Source: Gordius albopunctatus (Eukaryota). Taken from it: a stretch of 64,000 nt of DNA. The translations under genes and the position numbers were made by a program. Position 1 is the first letter of the stretch. The number at the start of each line of letters is the position of its first letter. Of the stretch, positions 12,780 to 25,952 are shown piece by piece. Where the stretch lies: positions 2,728,001 through 2,792,000 of the forward strand of contig OZ193910.1 in the NCBI GenBank assembly GCA_964276515.1, in the 5' to 3' direction. A model generated the notes under the pieces. It was given only the letters and a program-made list of their open reading frames with translations, ran no database searches and was not told where the DNA came from.

Positions 12780-15700
12780 TAAAAATATAAATCCCGATCC
12801 CGCGACCTACCCTTCATAACTGTTCACGCCAAGCGAAAATGATGCCACTAAAAGGGCTAGCTAGGTGATAAAACATCTGGCGCCTTGGCCTTGCATATTA
12901 AAATAATCCTTTTGGTCGAGGTTTGGATATTTCACCGGCGCAGCCAGGGGGAGGCACGTAGGGGTGGCTGCCTCCCCCCCCCCTTTAACCAAAAAATGGA
13001 TATAATTATGGCTAAAATTTCACAAAAAAAGGCATTTTGCCCCTGTCTAAACCATTATTGCCCCCCCCCCTCTAGTTCCAATCCCGTTTCCGGCTATGAT
13101 AAAATCTACCCGTAAAATAGACTGAATGCTTCTTACGTAGAAATATAATAATCTAAAAGAGATGATATTGAATTTTAAAGAGAGCCATAACAATAGTTGG
13201 TATAAAAAAATCTCTGTTAATAAGAATTTAGGATTTAAAAGTTGAGGTCCCAAAGTTTTTAGGTCGATTTGGAGCTAATGCCTTGGCTAATAGGTTAGGC
13301 TTTCAAAAGACCCTTAAGGTTTGCTATGAAGCTTTAACCTAGCCTAAGGCTGACCTCGGGTTAACCCACACCTAGGTTTTTGCCATCACTAGCACTTAGT
13401 GATTTTTTACCTCATTTTTAACGACACATACAGCAACCAGTCATTATTCCTCCATTGTATAATAAATTTAAAACAGGCAAAAAATTTATTTCGCTCCATG
13501 ACGAGTTTCGTAGGCGTAGCCAAGGGGTGGCAGAAAGGGGCGGCGACTGCCCCCCTGTACATAAAAAAATTCGTCAAAATCTAATCATGGCCACGCCGAG
13601 GCTAGTATTTATAAAAATTGGCACTTTTTTTATAAAATTCGATTGAGGAACTCTTCTCCGTTCCTAACTAGGAATTGTTGACAAAGTGGCACGGCTAACC
13701 TTGGTAAAGCAGAAATGGGGAAAAAATCGCGACATTCAATCGATTTAATTGCAAATCCTTCATCGTATAGTCGTCGTCGTCGTCATGCGTCTAAGAATCG
13801 CACGCAAGGTATTTCACTGTGCCACGTTAATTCCTCTAATATCTTCCCCTAACCTCCCCGACTCCCGCATTCTCAGGGTCAGGGAGGGTAGACACAAAAG
13901 GGACTTTTATTTCGTGTGAATGAGTTCGATGACGCGCAAAAAAATATTTGATGCGAGAGCGAGTAGGTTAGGGGGGCGAGGGTGCTGTAGGTTAATATTT
14001 ATGGATTCATTTTGGGTTGTCTGTCCGTCCTGCTCCTGTCCAACTCAGGTTTACAACGTGGTGGGAATACTAAACCCAGGAACTTACGATTCATTTGATT
14101 GATATTAGTGGTGGCTGGCTTTTGTTTGCTCGACCTCGGGTTTTAGTCGATGAAACATAAGCAGACCGACGTTTTTTGGCCTGTCTTCCTTAGTCGACCT
14201 CTAGGCTGGGCGTACCCTGCCCCCCCCCCAATTTATGAAAAAAAAATTATGTTTTGCCTGGGTAGGCCGATGGTGACTCATGACAAAAATTTAAGTGTCT
14301 GTGGTGTCGTGTCTAGTTATTTTAATGGGCGTAGCCGGGGGGGGCAAGGAGGTACGGCTGCTCCCCTCTAAATCCAAAAATTCGTAAAAATAATTTTTTT
14401 TAATGTTTATTTTGCCCCTTCCTAAATCATTATCCCCCCCCTCTGATTCCAAAATTGGCTACTCCCGTGGTTATTTTAAATATTTTTGATGGTCTCGGAA
14501 AAAATTGAGGTAATATTGCAATTGTTGTATCGTAGAGCCTTTCAAGCATTGGGGTCGAGTTGCTCTAATGAGAACAAATCTCTCTTTACAGAGTGCTAAA
14601 TTTGAATTAGATAGAAATTGGATATTCTCTGTTAGTTCTCTTGCGTTTCGTTCATCGAAATGAAAGGAAATCGGGGAAATTGCATATACATATATTTAAA
14701 TTTGAAAATTGCGCAACTAAAAAACAATATTTTTTTTGTATGAAATCAAAGGTTTTAACAAAACACAATTAAACAAATATCCTCCCTTACATTCATATAC
14801 CTTGCAATGAGTGTTGCAAAAAGTGCTGGTAGTCGATTAAACATAAGCAGACCAAAGATTTGACTAAAAACCTTTGGTCGCCGTATTTTACATCACTAGT
14901 TTCAACAACTTAAAATCATCCTGTACTGTCCATCATACATGAAACTGCTGTTTTTTGTATATATAAAATATTTTCCCCTATGACTACTAATCTGTCAATA
15001 AATGAAGGTTATTCAAGCAAATGCACTTTCTACCAATAATAATTAGACGGGGGAGGGGCAATAATCATTTTGGGAGGGGCAAATTGATCCATTTTAGAAA
15101 TTTTAGCCCCATAATTTTAACAAATTTCGACAAAGCTTTGGATTTAGGGCTGCCTGCACCAAGTACGCCCATGATTTCCTCCATTACAAATGGGCAAGGA
15201 AGGAAGATGTGCTGAGTGTTATCATAGTGTACGGAGGGAAGCTCCAGAATAGTAAATTTTTGACAATTAAGCCATAATTATATTTAATATTAAAAATTTC
15301 TGAATTCGTGAGGGGGACCCGCCTGGTTACGTTAAGGGAAAGTAGCACAAAGCGAGCAACTCTTAGTTTTTTATCGACATGAGGGTGCTGAAAAGACCAC
15401 CAGCACCCGATCCAGATCCGCACAATCACCAGAAACCAGACCAGCGCTTGTCTTCGGGGAAACGGCAAATTCGTTTACCAAATAGTAACTATTGCATACA
15501 CGATCAAACAGAACCCAGCCATTTTTGCGACACTAGTTGGGGGGTTGGGACCGAGACCATGTTGGTATTGACAAAATTAAGTAATGCCTTTTCTAGCTCA
15601 GCAAAGTAGACTTTAGTAAAAAAACCCCCATTAGAACCTCGCATTATTTTACATTCCATATTTTTTATAAGGGATCGTGGCAAAAAACAGTCTTATAGAT

Positions 15701-17699
15701 TTTAATTATCTACCTAATTTCCAAATTTAGAAACTTCGTTATTAGAGGGGGGGGGGGTTAGTTAAGTTACAAAATTTAAAAAGCGTTTTCGGGTCGAGAA
15801 CTGTGCTGTAAATCTATAAGTCAGCTAAACTTATTTTTACCCAGCACGATTAACTTCGATAATAAAATCATAAAATTTTTGTTAAATCTTGCAATGCCCA
15901 TATCCATCAATGAGATTTTTCCTTCAAATCTCGGGGGGGGGGCCTATTGCCCCCCTGATAAAGACCCAGCCATTCAACACCCTCAACTTTTCCCACGGTT
16001 ATATAATAGTTAAAATCGCTACCAAATGGGGGAGAAAAGTGTTTAAAAAGCAAAATTTTCAATGGGAGTCCAGGAATGTATGAATGCTAGGAAGGCAGCT
16101 GTTTTAATTGAATTCACGGCGGGACATCGGTAGGTGGTAGCAGTTAGGCAAGCCTACCCCATTGTTTCAATGCGCCTCAGTCATTAAATTTATCCTTTTG
16201 GAGAAGAAAAATTTTATTTTTCACTTCTTCAAACAATCCATGTAATAAAAAAACAAGGGGAGGTGGGAAAGAATGATAATGATTTGGAATTTCGCATTGG
16301 AAAAACTTTTAAGCTGGACTTGAAAGAGGCCCACAGCTGAACCCATGGATAAAAATGTAAATGTGTGACATATTCTATATGAGATAAAAGTCACAATTCT
16401 ATTAGAGGTTTGTGATGTGGACATGAGAATAGCCAAGAAAGGGGCAGGAAGGGGCAGCTGCCCCCCTATAAACTCAAAAATTTGTTGAAATTTATTAAAA
16501 TTATGGCTAAAATTTCGAAAAATGATCATTTTGCCCCTCCTTAAATCATTATTGCCCCCTTCTAATTCCAAAGCTCACTACGTCAATGGTTGTGGAAATA
16601 TATATAAGCAATAATCAAAGCTCATGACAAAAAACCAAAATGAATCAAGTAATGAACTAAATAGACTATAAGCTAAATGTAATTTAGACAAAAATTTAAT
16701 TAAGCATTATAAAGTTAAGAAAGCAGAGGGTTACTCTATTAATTAAGAAATTTGTCCAAAAAATTTATTTATTTTGCCATGACACTTTTAGTCAACGTTT
16801 TAACAATTTATTATAAAATTGTCATTTATAAATAAGGTAAAAAAACAAAACAAGCCAATTAATCCACAGTCTTAAGTTAATATATTCAAAAGGTCAATTT
16901 GTTCATTTATTGAAAAATAATAAAATAACATAAACATGATTAAAAATTAAGGGTATGACTCAAGTATTTAATTATATTGCTAGGTCTGATAAAAGAACAC
17001 TAATTAAATTTAAATTATTAGACAAGCAGTCTAATAGTGAATACATTATAAATAACTTATTTAATGATAAAGGTAATATTTTACCCATCATACAACTAAA
17101 AATATCTAATATAAGATATGTACATTATTAGCAGGGCATGATACTTGGAATTAACTAAATTTTATAGAAGCTTTTGAATATTAAATATTTTTCTCCAAAA
17201 ATAAAAACTACCAAATAACACACAAATATAATATTGAGGTCATATTTAGTTTTAATTTAATACCAAAAATTCATTTACCTCTTTGACCAACGATTTGATC
17301 CGGAATTGTTATTTATATTTTTTTTGTGCAATACGCCAAACAGTTGTATTTTATTATAAACACTATCTTTTTGATTATCATTACAACCGCTCATTCCCAC
17401 AAAAAATAAACATATGTTTTCGGAATGCTCTCCGACTCGTCACAAACATTTTGAGCTAGTGCCGAAATAATGATGTCTCCAGCAAAATAAGCACTGATAA
17501 GGGGGCTAAGCCAAGATAAATAACAAATTTTTGGTTTCTTAAGCAAAAAATTTGGTGTCTTTTTAGCTTGTCAAAGACATCTCTCGAAAATGTCTTCGGG
17601 TAAACAAATATCACCCAATTTGGATCTTCCTCTAACTATAAACTTAACAGGCAAATTCCAGTAAATTAATTAGGTATGTAATAATGCCTTAGGTAGCTT

Positions 17700-18213
17700 G
17701 AGTTAAAATTACCAAGATTCTAATAGTTCAAAGATTAAGGTATACCCTAAGCTTATTAATGAATGTAATTTTGAGTAATTAGTAACTAATCTAAAATTAT
17801 TATTTAAAAGTAAAAATTCTATTTTTTTTATAGATAACTTTTTAAGATGTAGGAGAGGTACAGATTCAATTGAAGAGTATGCTCAAAAACTTAAGGGGTT
17901 AATAACAAAATGTAATTATGATGATGAAGATGAAATGTTAAGAGATGGGTTTTTATTGAATTTAGACAATAGCAGAGTAGAAAATGAAATTAGAATTAGG
18001 TTTCCAGAAGGTAAAGATGGGGATGAAAATCTAAACTTTAAAACTGTATATGAATTAGCTATAAGTTATGAAAGAGCTAGGAATGAAGTGGAGGATAAAG
18101 TTATACATAATGATATTAATAAAATTACCAAAGGTCAAAATAATAATAATAACTATGGTGAGTTGATATGTTTTAATTGCAGGAAAAAAGGTCACATAGC
18201 AAGAAATTTTTAG
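17700..18213 (+). pseudogene. Ty3/gypsy-like gag remnant with truncated zinc knuckle
   Basis: ORF 17935-18213 reads LRDGFLLNL..ELAISYERA..CFNCRKKGHIARN; the upstream frame reads SIEEYAQKLKGLITKCNY. The start coordinate is approximate. Confidence 0.7.
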
Positions 18214-18511
18214 GACCAGCCTCTGTGACAAGCTATACTATTGCCCAAAATCTACCTATTCTGATATTTTCATTTAAATATATTGTGAATTATATATTTT
18301 TTTAGGAGAAGCCTCTGTGACAAGCTATACTATTGCCCAAAATTTACCTCTGATGTCAATCTCAAGTACATAAAATTCACAATATATTAAGTACTTGAGA
18401 TTGACATCAGAGGTAAATTTTGGGCAATAGTATAACTTGTCACAGAGGCTTGTCCTAAAAAAATCTTTAATTCACAATATATTTAAATACTTGAAAATGT
18501 CAGAATAGGTT
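18209..18511. repeat. Foldback/palindromic repeat built from ~90-bp units
   Basis: ~18254-18369 is inverted at ~18391-18511 around a ~21-nt spacer. The unit GCCTCTGTGACAAGCTATACTATTGCCCAAAAT is also repeated in tandem at 18219 and 18311. Confidence 0.85.
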
Positions 18512-18798
18512 GAGATTTTTAAGCAGGCCTGAGCGGGCACCATAATAAGATTTTTTATATAGTTTACTCTTTTTTTGTCACCTTTCTATTTATAAAAATT
18601 CTAGAATTAGATCAAAAATTTTTGAAACGAAATAAATTCTTGAAATTTAAAATCGTCATTTTTGCCTGGCTGTTCGGACGGCATTAGTGAATTGGTCAAT
18701 TAAAAGTTTTTGGCTAGCTTTGGCAGGCAATTTAGGTATCAAGTGATGGGTTCTAGTACAAAATTTTAGACAAATATGATAAATGATAAAATTATTAA

Positions 18799-19192
18799 TC
18801 TATATATATAAAGTAAAGTCTATGTATGTGTGTATGTAAGGGCTAAATTCTGAAACTACCGGCCCGATTGGCGCGAAACTTTACCAGTAGGTTCCCAGGG
18901 CGGCCATGAGTAAAATAGCTTTTTCAGATTCCTAAAATACCTTTTCGTTTTAAAAATATCGGACATTTCCCGGCCAGTTTCATTTATAGCAGCATATACA
19001 ATAATGGCGTCATACATACAAGGCTGAAGTTTTCTCGAATTAGATATTTGAAGGTATAATAAAAATGTTACAGTCTAAGGTCAAAATTATTGTGGTTTAA
19101 CAAACTATTTAAATTAAATAAATAATATTTAAATTAATAGCTTTTTCAGAATCCTAAAATTCCTTTTAGTTTTAAAAAAGGGATAAATTCTG
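18799..19192 (+). mobile_element. Putative non-autonomous Helitron 5' part, interrupted by RTE
   Basis: Starts TCTATATATATAAAG followed by TATG/TGTG microsatellite. Internal duplication 18915-18955 vs 19136-19178. Resembles the 5' end at ~31049. Confidence 0.45.
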
Positions 19193-22093
19193 AAATACAC
19201 TAGGCTTACTGCCTAACTCACAACAAAGGCGGTTAAGGAAACTAGTTGTGGAAAGAATGCGAATTACGTTCTGGAATGTGGGAACGTTAACGGGGAAGAG
19301 CTTCAAGGTCGCACAGATGCTAAAAAGAAGAAAGGTACACATCGCCCGCCTACAAGAGACGAGGTAGAACGGAACGAAAGCTCGCGATTTAGGAGAAGGA
19401 TACAAGCCTTTCTACAGTGCGTCATTAAATCGTAGAAACGGGGCGGTATCGTTCTAAGCGAATCAGTGAAGGACAAGGTGGTGGAAGTCAAGAGTTGTTC
19501 CGACAGGCTAATGTGGGTGAAGATTGCAGATCAAGGGGGCCTCCTAACCGTTATGTACGCGTATGCCCCCCAAATTGGATGTTTGGAATCAGAGAAAGAC
19601 ATATTCTTCGATTCATTGGAAAAGGAAATACAAGGAATAGGACAGGAAGAAAGGCTAATCATTGGAGCAGATTTCAACGCTCACGTTGGGAAAGATCGCC
19701 TCGGGTATCAACGCAATCATGGAGGCTATGGGCATGGTCTGAAGAACAAAGAAGGGGAAAAACTGCTCCAAGTATCCCAAGCATATGACATGGCGATCGT
19801 TAACACCTATTTTCAAAAGCGCGAAGACCATATTGTGACCTATAGAAGTGGGAAGCATTTTACTCAAATCGACTATTTGCATATACGGCGAAAGGACTTA
19901 TGGAGTATCAAGGATTGCAAAGTAATACCGGGAGTATAAATCTCCAGGCAACATTGTCCCCTTGTTATGGATCTTTACAGAAGAGTATTTCCCGAAAGAA
20001 GAAAGGTATATGAAGCTCGAATTCGATACGAAAGGCTAAAGGATACGTCGACGAACGAAGAATACCATCAAAAAGCCTCCTCACTCTTGGGTGCAAGGAA
20101 GTTGCAAAGAGACGTAGACGACAATTGGGAGACGCTATCTAAGGACATTAAGGAAACAGCGATTTGTGTTCTAGAACAGACCAAAGGAGGCAAAGCTATG
20201 AATAGGGAACTATGGTGGTGGTATCAATCGGTAAAAGATTTCATCAAATTAAAGAAAAATTTATATAGACGGTGGCATAAATCAAAAAAGTCAGAGGATT
20301 ATCAAGAGTACAGGGACGCAAAGAGGGCCGCAAAAAAGGTCGTTGCAAAAGCAAAGAATGCTGCGTACACCGAGATGGCAAACAAACTGGATCATAAAGG
20401 GGGCGATAGGCTTATGTACAAATTGGCCAAGATAAGGGAGAAGAAAAGTCGCGATGTCGGAGTTCTTAAAATAGTCAAAAGCGAGAAGGGTCAAACCTTA
20501 TTCAAGCCGAAAGAAGTGATGGAAAGGTGGAAAGGATATTTTAAGAAACTTATGAATATTGCAAATGACAAGGATTCCCTTCCCAAAATTGAGCCAAATA
20601 TAAGTATGGTCGAACTCTTTCAGGAGGATGAAGTTAGGACACAAATGAACAAGATGCAAAAAGGAAAAGCAAATGGTCCAGATGGAATACCTATGGAAGC
20701 ATTGCTCGGATGTCGTGAAGGAGTCACCACCATGACGAACCTCCTTAACAAGATATTGGTAGAAGAGCGAATCCCTAATCAATGGAGAACAAGCACAATT
20801 ATACAATTATTTAAAGGCAAAGGAGATCCTCAGGACTGCGGCAATTACAGAGGTATCAAGCTAACTTGCCACTCCTTGAAGCTTTTGGAAAGGATCTTAG
20901 TAACAAGGCTGAAAAGCAAGGTGGAAATATCGGCTAATCAATTCGGATTCGTGGCCGCCAAATCCACAATCGACTCAATCCTAGCCCTGAGACAAATGAT
21001 GTATAAGTATGGTGAAAAGAGGAAAGACCTACATATGGTTTTTATCGACTTGGAGAAAGCTTATGACACGGTCCCCCGCGATTTAATATGGTGGTGCCTG
21101 AGGAAACAAAATATCCCTGACGCATATATACGGCTTATGAAAAATATTTATGAAGCCTCAAACTCTTGCTTTAGGACGACAGTTGGAGACTCTAAACCTT
21201 TTCGGGTTAATATTGGATTACATCAAGGCTCTGCTTTAAGTCCCTTTTTATTTAATATAATTATAGACATGATAACGAGGGACGTTCAAAAGCCATCGCC
21301 ATGGTGTATTCTATATGCCGATGATATAGTACTATGCGAGGAAAAAAGGGAGAAGGTATTCGAAGAAGCAGAAAAGTGGTCAAAGCGCTTAGCTGGATAT
21401 GGTTTAAAGGTCAACGATCAAAAAACGGTATAAATGGAAATGAATGGTACAGGCACCCCATCGCTGGATGACCATCTAAAGTACCCAAAAGTAGACAGGT
21501 TCACATACCTCGGCTCGATGCTACATCAAGAGGGAGGTTGCGCAACGGAAGTCGGTGCCCGGATCCAAAAAGGATGGCTTAAATGGCGAAGTATATCCGG
21601 TGTAATGTGCGACAAGAAAATGCCAATATGGTTGAAGAGCAAAGCTTACAAATCCATCGTAAGACCGGTGTTACTCTATGGAAGTGAAACATGGGCATTA
21701 AACACCACGGAATTAAAGCTATTACAAGCCACAGAGATGAGAATGTTACGGTGGAGCTTGGGGTATACTAAGCTCGATCCTATGATGAATGACTTTCTCA
21801 TGGCAAAAATGGGTATTCAACCTATGTCGGACATGATTAACAAAAATCGGCTAAGGTGGTATGGGCATATACTAAGAAGGCACACAGATGACATGAATCA
21901 AAAAGTACTGGACATGGAAGTACCGGGGAAGAGAGGAAGAGGACGACCCCGTGTCACGTGGAAAGGGCAAGTCGATAAAGTTATGGAAACTAACAAGATT
22001 AGTCAAGACATGGCACTCACCCGGTCAAGATGGAAGAAACTTATCAAAACAAACCCCACCAATGTGGGACCAAATAACTGATAAAGAAGAAGA
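19193..22093 (+). mobile_element. RTE-clade LINE (APE endonuclease + RT), 5'-truncated, disrupted by stops
   Basis: Motifs GADFNAH, TQIDY, NYRGI, QFGF, FIDLEKAYD, GLHQGSALSP, YADD, YLGS, RLRWYGH and RGRP. In-frame stops end the ORFs at 19939 and 21433. Ends in an (AAG)n tail at ~22084-22092. Confidence 0.95.
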
Positions 22094-22856
22094 TAAATAC
22101 ATAAAACATGTTTATTAATTGTTGTACAAAAAATTACATTCACGACTAAAAAAATCAGATTAAAATTATAAACATATTTAACTGTTAAAAATGAAAAACC
22201 CTTTTAAATTATTAATTGCTATGCAATTTATGGGCTCACTTTCCATTTGTTTACTGTCACGCCGAACTTGTCACGCACCGAACGTAACGCTTTTCGTTTT
22301 TTTCCGTCGTGTTTACCACTGCGACTGCTTGGAATTGTATTAAGCCATCCTGAGTACGATACCCTGTGCCCCCCCCCCTACAAGGGCCTATGCCACTATA
22401 TTGATATGGGTTCGAATCTCGGTGAGGTCAAATTTTTTTTAAATTAACCTAACATTGATAATCCTTGTTAATAAAATTGATGAGAAGGGGAGGGGCAAAT
22501 TACCTCCTCCCTGGTGAGAAAGAGGGTAAAAAATAAGGAGGGGGGGGGGGGGAGTGGAAAATGAATTAGTTATCTCTAATTCAAATATGGGATAATTGAC
22601 GTTCAAATTTAAAAACGCTTATGTTATAACAATGGCATCGTCAAAAGTAACAATGCTTTTTCCCAATCCCCACCCAATCCCCTGCTAGTGAAAAACACGT
22701 GATATAACGTAAAAACTCATTATTTTGTGCTTTTAACGAATAGCAATTCGGGATTGACGTTCGGTATTTTACAAAGTTCGAGATTTCTGTACGCTACGGT
22801 GTAATATTGGATTCAGTGATCGTTAACTTTAACGTAACGTCAAAAATATCAATCAA

Positions 22857-23491
22857 GTGTCATTTATTTCAATCGAAGCTATCCCGAGCAGGAATTTGGG
22901 ACTCCATATGTCTGGGGAGGAGTTACGCATAGCCATAGGCCTCCGTCTCGGATGCGACATAGTATCCCCTTTCGTATGCGATCTCTGCAGACAGCCGGTC
23001 CAACCCAATGGTCATCATCCCCTCCATTGCAAATACAGCAAAGGCCGCAACCCCAGGCACACGGCAATCAACAAAATCATCGGCCTGGCTACACAAACAC
23101 CTTGGAACCCGTTGGCCTTAGCACCACCGATGGGAAAAGACCAGATGGGGTCACACTCATCCCATGGTCCCGTGGACTGAATCTCACTTGTGACTTCACC
23201 ACGGTCGACATATTTGCCCCATCCAACTCCTCTCCCGACCTTATAGTCAGTGCAGAGAATAGGAAGACAGCCAAATATTTTTCCCTCGCGGACACAATAT
23301 TCATTCCCGTAGTGGCAACCACAATTGGAAATTTAGGCGTTGAAGCTCTCGCTCTCCTGAAAGAAATTGGAAAAGCGATCTCCAGAGTCTCTTTAGATTT
23401 GAAAGAATACTTTTTTATCAGGCAAAAGATCACAATGGAAATCGTTAAATCCAACACGATTTCCATACACGGATCAATGCCATCCGTTTAG
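22857..23491 (+). mobile_element. 3' fragment of an RLE-type (CRE-like) non-LTR retrotransposon, frameshifted
   Basis: LRLG..CDLC..HPLHC..RHTAI zinc knuckle, then in a second frame GKRPDG..DFT..ENRKTAKY..FIPV..G, which is a restriction-like endonuclease signature. Confidence 0.75.
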
Positions 23492-24207
23492 TTATAGCGC
23501 GTTTTTTTAAATATTTTTTAGTCGTGTATATAATTTTTTTATTTTTTGTATACCATTTTTTTAATTAAATTAATATATTGTTCTTGTTAATATCATTGAT
23601 AATATCACTTTTTGGCTCTCCGCTTCCTACTGACCATCACAAGTCTCATTTATTATTTTGATTAAAATTGTCGAAATAGTTCTTATTGGCGGATAAAAAC
23701 GTCAATCATCAATAATATTATGTTATTTTTATGCTTAATTTATGAAATGAATAATAAAGTTAATATTTAGTAAATTTTTAATCAACCTATGGGGGGGGAG
23801 GGGGTGATTTGCCCCTCTCCTTGATTTTTCGTCGATTAATGTAAATGTTATTAATTTTTTTTGCCTATTATTGTATTATTTGCAACTTTTTATGTTTGTT
23901 ATTAAGTTTTATTATTAATTGCTATGTTTGGGTTTCGAAATTTTTAATTGTTAATTTCTATGAAATTTATATTATATGCTTCATTTTGCTATGTATTTTA
24001 TAGGGTTTATGCTACTCAGGGGCGTAGATAGAAATGTTTTTTTGGAGGGGTTTTTGAGACCAAATCATTAAAAAATAATAGTTTATTTATACATATAAAT
24101 TAATATAATCATATTCATATAAGTAATATATTATAAATGTCATATGATACAATTGTAAGAAGTACAATAAATTATCTACGTGATCAATAGGAAATATATG
24201 AAAGAAT

Positions 24208-24690
24208 TTGGGTCAGCTAGTAATCCCCAGAGGAAATGCCCATCAAACCCCAGAAATTTATTTTAGAACAACATTGTATAATGTTTTTCTAGATACATTT
24301 TTGAATGAAATGGATTCTAGATTCCTTCAGAATAAGCAAATTCTGAAGGGATTTAATTCTTTACTCTTACAACACCCAGTTACCCTGTGTGAAGAAAAAG
24401 TTAAAAACCCTTTACAATTAGCCAATGTTTATGGTGATGACCTAAAGGGCAATGATGAACTATACAAGGCTGAAATTCAGCTATGGTATCAGTCATTCAA
24501 AGAATGCCAACCTGATAACCTCTCTTCAAATGCACTACATACATTATCTGATCATGCTTCAAGGCTGATGTTATACCCGAACATAAAAACAATTACCAGT
24601 CACGAGCTGTTCAAATGAAAGAAGTTTTTCTACGTTAAGAAGACTTAAAACTTACCTGCTGAGGAATACAATTGGTCAAGAAAGGTAAAC
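24208..24690 (+). pseudogene. hAT transposase C-terminal (dimerisation domain) remnant
   Basis: YFRTTLYNVFLDTFLNEMDSRF..EIQLW..LYPNI, then a frameshifted ERSFSTLRRLKTYL.R.TIGQER. Confidence 0.8.
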
Positions 24691-25752
24691 ATACATTATA
24701 ATATATATTTCTTGTTTGTTCATAGAAATTTAGTTGCACCTACGGAAGCTATAATTAATGAGTTTTTGTCCAAATCACGTAGATAATTTATTGTACTTCT
24801 TACAATTGTATCACATAACATCAGCCTTGAAGCATGATCAGATAATGTGTGTAGTGCATTTGAAGGGAGGTTATCAGGTTGGCATTCTACATTTCGTCCC
24901 ACTACAAGCAATCTTGTCATTGGCAAGCACAACTTTTACATCATATTGGCGTTTACTCAAACAAAAACTGCTTCAAAACGTATGGCTTTTAATAAGAATT
25001 TTGCATGGACGCGTTTTTAGGCCATCCTAAATTTAGGGAACTCCCAACAAATTGACAATAATGATAATCAATAAAGCAAAATACACAAATTTGGACCTTA
25101 AAAACTAATTTCAAGCCATATTTTTAAAATTTTTCTCGATTTTCAGGTTATATGCACGCAAAAAAATCACAAAACTAATACAATCCGTGTGTAGGGTCCG
25201 AATGCAAATATTAACAATTAAAAGATTTATCGACTTTGCTGAACAATTGATATGCACAACCTGCTGATGTTTGGGTTTAGTTTGGCAAATGGTGAGCCAA
25301 GAACCTGGGGAAGCGAAGAATTGCAGGAAATCTTAATTTGTAAAATCCCTTCCCCCTAACGGAGCTACCTTCCCATAATGATATCAACCTAAGCCAATAA
25401 TAATTGATTTAGATTCCAACCTCCCAAATCCCATAATATGACTCCAGGGGGAGGGCCCGGAATTTTAAAGCCTCAAAATTTAGAGCTCGGGCATTTCCGG
25501 GGCCGGCCTCGGGGCACCCGTGCAGGTCTCTACGCACCACACAGCGTGTCATTGACAACAACAACTAGCTAACACCTCCTAAGCAAAAATCGAATGGCAC
25601 ATCTGAGTCTCTATGACAAATGGATATACTATGCACCCACATCTTAAGTCTTCGAAAGAAAAGGAGACGACTCTCAATCTAGCCTTCATCGTTTCTCCGC
25701 CCTTCCTATTTATTTTCATTATGATATCGCTCAAATTCTTGCCATTTTTATG

Positions 25753-25952
25753 NNNNNNNNNNNNNNNNNNNNNNNNNNNNNNNNNNNNNNNNNNNNNNNN
25801 NNNNNNNNNNNNNNNNNNNNNNNNNNNNNNNNNNNNNNNNNNNNNNNNNNNNNNNNNNNNNNNNNNNNNNNNNNNNNNNNNNNNNNNNNNNNNNNNNNNN
25901 NNNNNNNNNNNNNNNNNNNNNNNNNNNNNNNNNNNNNNNNNNNNNNNNNNNN
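25753..25952. other. Assembly gap (200 N)
   Basis: Run of Ns truncating the RTE ORF. Confidence 1.
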
